Part shown: in pieces, positions 35,190 to 38,414 of the stretch
Position numbering within the stretch: position 1 is the stretch's first letter
Layout of the letters: each line of letters starts with the position of its first letter
Assembly: GCA_964517545.1 (NCBI GenBank)
Contig: CAZFET010000001.1
Span: forward strand, 1-38,414
DNA length: 38,414 nt
Reading direction: 5' to 3'
Source: an uncultured Burkholderiaceae bacterium
GTDB taxonomy: Bacteria > Pseudomonadota > Gammaproteobacteria > Burkholderiales > Burkholderiaceae_C
Notes under the pieces: model-generated
What the model was told of the DNA's origin: nothing
What the model saw: the letters and a program-made list of their open reading frames with translations, nothing else
Databases searched by the model: none
Translations under genes and position numbers: made by a program

Positions 35190-35953
35190 GGCGCGGTGCT
35201 CGCGGGCGCGGCCAGTCGTTCGTCGAGCTGCGCCCACAGCCGTGGATCATAGGTCCAGCGTGCGATCGCCGGAGGGCCGGGGACATGGGTGGCGAGATGG
35301 CGCTCGAACTCGTCGCGCGGGATCTCGCGCGCGCCCATCGACGCCAGGTGCTCGGTGGACTGCTGGCAATCGATGAGCGGGACGTGGTGCGCGCGACACA
35401 GCGCCACCAGCGCGGCCAGCGCGATCTTCGACGCGTCGGTGCGGCGCGCGAACATCGACTCGCCGAAGAACATGCGCCCGAGGTGCACGCCGTACAGGCC
35501 GCCGGCGAGTTCGCCGTCGATCCAGGTCTCCACGCTGTGTGCCTTGCCGGCCGCGTGCCACGCGCAGTACGCGTCGACCATCGCCGGCACGATCCACGTG
35601 CCGTCCTGCCCCCGGCGCGGCGTGCGCGAGCAGGTCTCGATCACCTCGCGGAACGCGCTGTCGCAGCGGATCTCGCAGCCCGGCGTCGAGACGAAGCGCG
35701 CGAGCGTCTTGCGCAGCGAGCGCGTCAGGCGGAACTCGCCGACCGGCAGCACCATGCGCGGATCGAGCGTCCACCACAGCACCGGCTGGCCTTCGCCGAA
35801 CCACGGGAACACGCCGTGCGAGTAGGCCTCCTCGAGCCGCGCGAGATTCAGCGTGCCGCCGGCGGCCAGCAAGCCCGGCGCCTCGCTCTGCGCGGGCAGC
35901 GCGAGGTGCGTGGGCGGCAGCGGCGTGTCGTCGTCGATCCAGGCGATGTGCAC
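35186..35953 (-). CDS. aat: leucyl/phenylalanyl-tRNA--protein transferase
   Basis: Track ORF 35186..36223 trimmed to GTG 35953. The upstream part of the track ORF is an Arg/Ser/Cys-rich shadow. Motifs: [10 protein letters not shown] and FFGESMF. The stop overlaps the bpt start (ATGA). Confidence 0.85.
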   Translation of the reverse strand: MHIAWIDDDTPLPPTHLALPAQSEAPGLLAAGGTLNLARLEEAYSHGVFPWFGEGQPVLWWTLDPRMVLPVGEFRLTRSLRKTLARFVSTPGCEIRCDSAFREVIETCSRTPRRGQDGTWIVPAMVDAYCAWHAAGKAHSVETWIDGELAGGLYGVHLGRMFFGESMFARRTDASKIALAALVALCRAHHVPLIDCQQSTEHLASMGAREIPRDEFERHLATHVPGPPAIARWTYDPRLWAQLDERLAAPASTAP

Positions 35954-35981
35954 GCCGCCAGCATAGACGCGCCGCGCCGGC

Positions 35982-36245
35982 TCACGCGGCCGACAGCTTG
36001 CCGCGCCGCTGCAGCAGCAGGTCCTGCAGCCACAGGGCCGAGTGCGACAGGCCGTCGAACTGGCGCTTCGGCTGGTGCCGCAGCCCGATCGCGACGCGGC
36101 CGGTCCACCAGATGGTGCGGCCGCTGCCCGGCAGCACGACGGGGCCGACATGCCCGGGCGGGATGTCGACCGGCGGCGCCGCGTGCGGCCGCCGGATCGA
36201 CGGCGCGGGCGCGGCGGGGACATCGAGGCGGTGATCGTCGAGCAT
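35982..36245 (-). CDS. hypothetical protein (87 aa)
   Basis: Track ORF 35982..36278 trimmed to ATG 36245, 8 nt after GGGAG. By my reading nearly all codons end in G or C (only GAT, GAT and CAT do not). I recognise no domain. Confidence 0.45.
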   Translation of the reverse strand: MLDDHRLDVPAAPAPSIRRPHAAPPVDIPPGHVGPVVLPGSGRTIWWTGRVAIGLRHQPKRQFDGLSHSALWLQDLLLQRRGKLSAA

Positions 36246-36405
36246 GTGAACTACTCCCGAAGTGACGGCGCAGATCATTGCGGCACCTCGGGGTCGGGAT
36301 CACTGCCCCGTTTGGGGGACGCCGGCTCGCGCCCGCCCCCGCAACCCGGAGGGAGCGGCGCGCGGGCGTGGTCACAAATGGGTCGGCGGTCGCTCGCTCA
36401 CCCAT

Positions 36406-36425
36406 GCGCACGATCGAGCGTGCGC
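36406..36425 (-). terminator. hairpin just downstream of the Bug-family gene stop
   Basis: GCGCACG (36406-36412), 6-nt loop, CGTGCGC (36419-36425). There is no clear U-tract. Confidence 0.3.
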
Positions 36426-36435
36426 GGTCGCGCCG

Positions 36436-37413
36436 TCAGGAGTCGACGCGCACCTGAGCATCCGGGACGACCCGCGTCCACTTCGCGATCTCGCTGTCGA
36501 TGAACTGCGAGAACTTCTCGGTCGTGCCGCCGCCGTCCTCGGCGCCGAACGAGTCGAGGCGCTCCTGCACGTCGGGCATCGCGAGCACCGTGTTCACGTC
36601 GGCGTTGATCTTCTTCGCGATCGGCGTGGGCAGCTTGCCCGGGCCGGCGAGCCCGTACCACGTCGTGGCCTCGAAGCCGGCGAAGCCCTGCTCCTGCATC
36701 GTCGGCACGTTCGGGTGGCCCTTGGCGCGCTTCGCGCGCGTCTGCGCGACGGCGATCACCTTGCCGCTCTTCACGTGCGGCGTCGCCGCGGTCATCGTCT
36801 CGAAGCTGTACTGGATCTGGCCGCCGATCAGGTCGGTGAGCAGCGGCCCCGAGCCCTTGTACGGCACGTGCAGCGCGTCGACCTTCGCGCGCAGCTTGAA
36901 CATCTCCAGCGCGAGGTGCTGCGCCGAGCCGGCGCCAGCCGAGCCGAAGCTCACCCGGCCCGGCTGCGCCTTGCACAGCGCGACGATGTCCTTCACCGTC
37001 TGCGCCGGTTGCGCCGTGTTGGCGATCAGCAGGTTCGGCGTCACGCCCACCAGCACGATCGGCACGAAGTCGCGCGCCACGCTGTAGCGCAGCTTGGGCT
37101 GCAGGCTGGGCGCGAGCGCGTGGCTGTTGATGTGCGCCATCAGCAAGGTGCTGCCGTCGCTCGGCTGCTGCGCGACGTACTCGGCCGCCAGCACCCCGGC
37201 GACGCCGGCCTTGTTCTCGACCACGACCTGCTGCCCCCACATCGCGCCGAGCTTCGCACCCACCACGCGCGCGAGCGCATCGGTGCCGCCGCCCGGCGGG
37301 AACCCGACGACGATGCGCACGGGGCCGCTCGGCCAGGTCTGCGCGAACACGCGCGGCAGGCCGAGCGCGGCCACGCTGGCGCCGGCGGCGCGGAGGACGG
37401 ATCGTCGATGCAT
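36436..37413 (-). CDS. Bug/TctC-family tripartite tricarboxylate transporter substrate-binding protein
   Basis: Track ORF 36436..38103 trimmed to ATG 37413, after GGGAGA. Signal peptide MHRRSVLRAAGASVAALGLPRVFAQ. Motifs: VVGFPPGGGTD and VPYKGSGP. Confidence 0.9.
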   Translation of the reverse strand: MHRRSVLRAAGASVAALGLPRVFAQTWPSGPVRIVVGFPPGGGTDALARVVGAKLGAMWGQQVVVENKAGVAGVLAAEYVAQQPSDGSTLLMAHINSHALAPSLQPKLRYSVARDFVPIVLVGVTPNLLIANTAQPAQTVKDIVALCKAQPGRVSFGSAGAGSAQHLALEMFKLRAKVDALHVPYKGSGPLLTDLIGGQIQYSFETMTAATPHVKSGKVIAVAQTRAKRAKGHPNVPTMQEQGFAGFEATTWYGLAGPGKLPTPIAKKINADVNTVLAMPDVQERLDSFGAEDGGGTTEKFSQFIDSEIAKWTRVVPDAQVRVDS

Positions 37414-37463
37414 CGTGAGGTCTCCCTGGAGGTGATCTGTCGGTGCCGGCGCGCGTCCCGGCG

Positions 37464-38297
37464 TCACGCCGCCGCGCGCAGTGCCGAACCCTGTGGATGC
37501 GACGCGAAATGCTCCATCGCCGCCTGCACGCCGCTGCCGGCCAGCTTGACGCCGGCGAGCTTCAGCCCCATCTCGACACCCGCGACCATCGCCACCAGGG
37601 TGAGGTCGTTGCTGTCGCCGAGGTGGCCCATGCGGAACATGCGGCCCTTGAGCTTGCCGAGGCCGGTGCCGAGCGACAGGTCGAAGCGCTGGTGGATCAG
37701 GCGCCGCACCGCGTCGGCGTCGACGCCCGGCGGCGTGATCACGCCGGTGAGCACCGGCGAGTACACCGCCGGATCGGCGCACTGGATCGGCAGGCCCCAC
37801 GCGCCGACGGCCGCGCGCACGCCGGCGGCCCAGCGCCGGTGGCGCGCGAACACGTTGTCGAGGCCTTCGTCCAGCAGCATGTCCAGCGCCTCGCTCAGCC
37901 CGTACAGGAGGTTGGTGTTCGGCGTGTACGGCCAGTAGCCGTCCTTGTTCATCTCGACGATCTCGTCCCAGGCCCAGAACGAGCGCGGCAAGGTGGCCGA
38001 CTTCGACGCCTCCAGCGCGCGCGGCGACAGCGCGTTGAAGCCGATGCCCGGCGGCAGCATGAGGCCCTTCTGCGAGCCGCTGACCGTGACGTCGACGCCA
38101 CATTCGTCGGGGCGGTAGTCGGCACTGGCGAGGCCCGAGATCGTGTCGACCATCAGCAGCGCCGGGTGCTTCGCCGCGTCGATTGCCTTGCGCACCTTCT
38201 TGATCGCGGTACGCAAGGTGGAGCGCTGGCTCATGTTGTGAGCACGCTGCTCGGTTGCTTGACGGGCACGCTTGCGGGCTTGGACGGAATTGGCCAT
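37464..38297 (-). CDS. chimeric ORF: the N-terminal ~40 residues of ribosomal protein bS20 (rpsT) fused in frame to the C-terminal ~235 residues of a class-V (serine/alanine--glyoxylate type) aminotransferase
   Basis: Track ORF 37464..38354 trimmed to ATG 38297. Codons 1-39 read [39 protein letters not shown], a bS20 N-terminus, and use CAA/CGT/GCA/GCT/TTG codons. From [15 protein letters not shown]...[13 protein letters not shown] (PLP Lys) onward it is an aminotransferase in GC3-rich codons. Confidence 0.75.
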   Translation of the reverse strand: MANSVQARKRARQATEQRAHNMSQRSTLRTAIKKVRKAIDAAKHPALLMVDTISGLASADYRPDECGVDVTVSGSQKGLMLPPGIGFNALSPRALEASKSATLPRSFWAWDEIVEMNKDGYWPYTPNTNLLYGLSEALDMLLDEGLDNVFARHRRWAAGVRAAVGAWGLPIQCADPAVYSPVLTGVITPPGVDADAVRRLIHQRFDLSLGTGLGKLKGRMFRMGHLGDSNDLTLVAMVAGVEMGLKLAGVKLAGSGVQAAMEHFASHPQGSALRAAA

Positions 38298-38330
38298 ATC
38301 GATATCCGGTAGATCTGGGGAAAGCGCGAG

Positions 38331-38359
38331 ATTATAAGGGGGTCTTCCACCCATTGCAA
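38331..38359 (-). promoter_or_regulatory. near-consensus sigma70 promoter of the rpsT-type start
   Basis: On the minus strand: TTGCAA (38359-38354), a 17-nt spacer, then TATAAT (38336-38331). The -10 element lies about 34 nt upstream of ATG 38297. Confidence 0.6.
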
Positions 38360-38414
38360 GCGGCTTCTGCCAAGCGCATCCCGGATACCATACCGGCCAT
38401 GAATCTGCTCCGTG

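Noticed and set aside
38399-38414. A possible murJ (mviN) start, ATGAATCTGCTCCGTG = MNLLR, divergent from the rpsT promoter.
   Set aside because: Only five codons lie inside the window, which is far too little to call a gene. I mention it only as weak synteny support for the rpsT locus.

Overview
This is a very GC-rich, gene-dense chromosomal segment. Its gene content suggests a Burkholderiales-type betaproteobacterium: a Bug/TctC-family binding protein, a small Trp-rich membrane protein, AhpC/AhpD and ChrBA. That taxonomic placement is inference only. I can support about 50 protein-coding genes and 2 tRNA genes, tRNA-Ala(CGC) and tRNA-Val(CAC). I see no transposase, integrase, prophage, CRISPR array, toxin-antitoxin pair or recognisable defence genes.

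Gene content from left to right:
- pdxH (partial), a MocA-like nucleotidyltransferase and chaC
- the Entner-Doudoroff pair edd-eda
- a paiB-like gene, gloA and a PaaI thioesterase
- a divergent marR plus MFS pair
- an operon of MBL hydrolase, SDR, DsbA-like protein and UPF0016 transporter
- a chromate cluster: chrB, chrA, a rhodanese gene and a ChrB C-domain gene
- a fatty-acid desaturase with a divergent AraC regulator
- an EamA transporter, a small orphan ORF and tRNA-Ala
- a HIBADH-like dehydrogenase and an alpha/beta hydrolase
- a rubrerythrin / HdrD-GlpC-like Fe-S protein / DUF3501 cluster
- an orphan PAS histidine kinase, then ahpC-ahpD and rarD
- a MoaD/ThiS-like protein ending in GG next to a six-Asp-box BNR propeller protein
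- a membrane protein, an EamA transporter and a GNAT acetyltransferase
- cytochrome c, a Trp-rich protein and ilvD
- lgt-dnaQ-tRNA-Val followed by a small Cys4 ORF
- bpt-aat, a small ORF and a Bug-family binding protein
- at the right edge, an anomalous ORF behind an rpsT-type promoter

Many adjacent genes overlap by 4 nt (ATGA, GTGA or TTGA), which suggests translational coupling. The long Arg/Ala/Pro/Gly-rich ORFs in the track are antisense or off-frame shadows typical of high-GC DNA.

I found no clear novel multi-gene system. The observations most worth a second look are:
1. An in-frame chimera of the first ~40 codons of rpsT with the C-terminal two-thirds of a class-V aminotransferase.
2. 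An in-frame TAG at codon 3 of the rubrerythrin gene.
3. The uncharacterised rubrerythrin / Fe-S / DUF3501 module next to ahpCD, with a shared upstream motif.
4. The MoaD-like plus BNR-propeller gene pair, which has no E1 or sulfur-transfer partner in the window.

All family assignments come from reading the translations by eye. No database searches were run.
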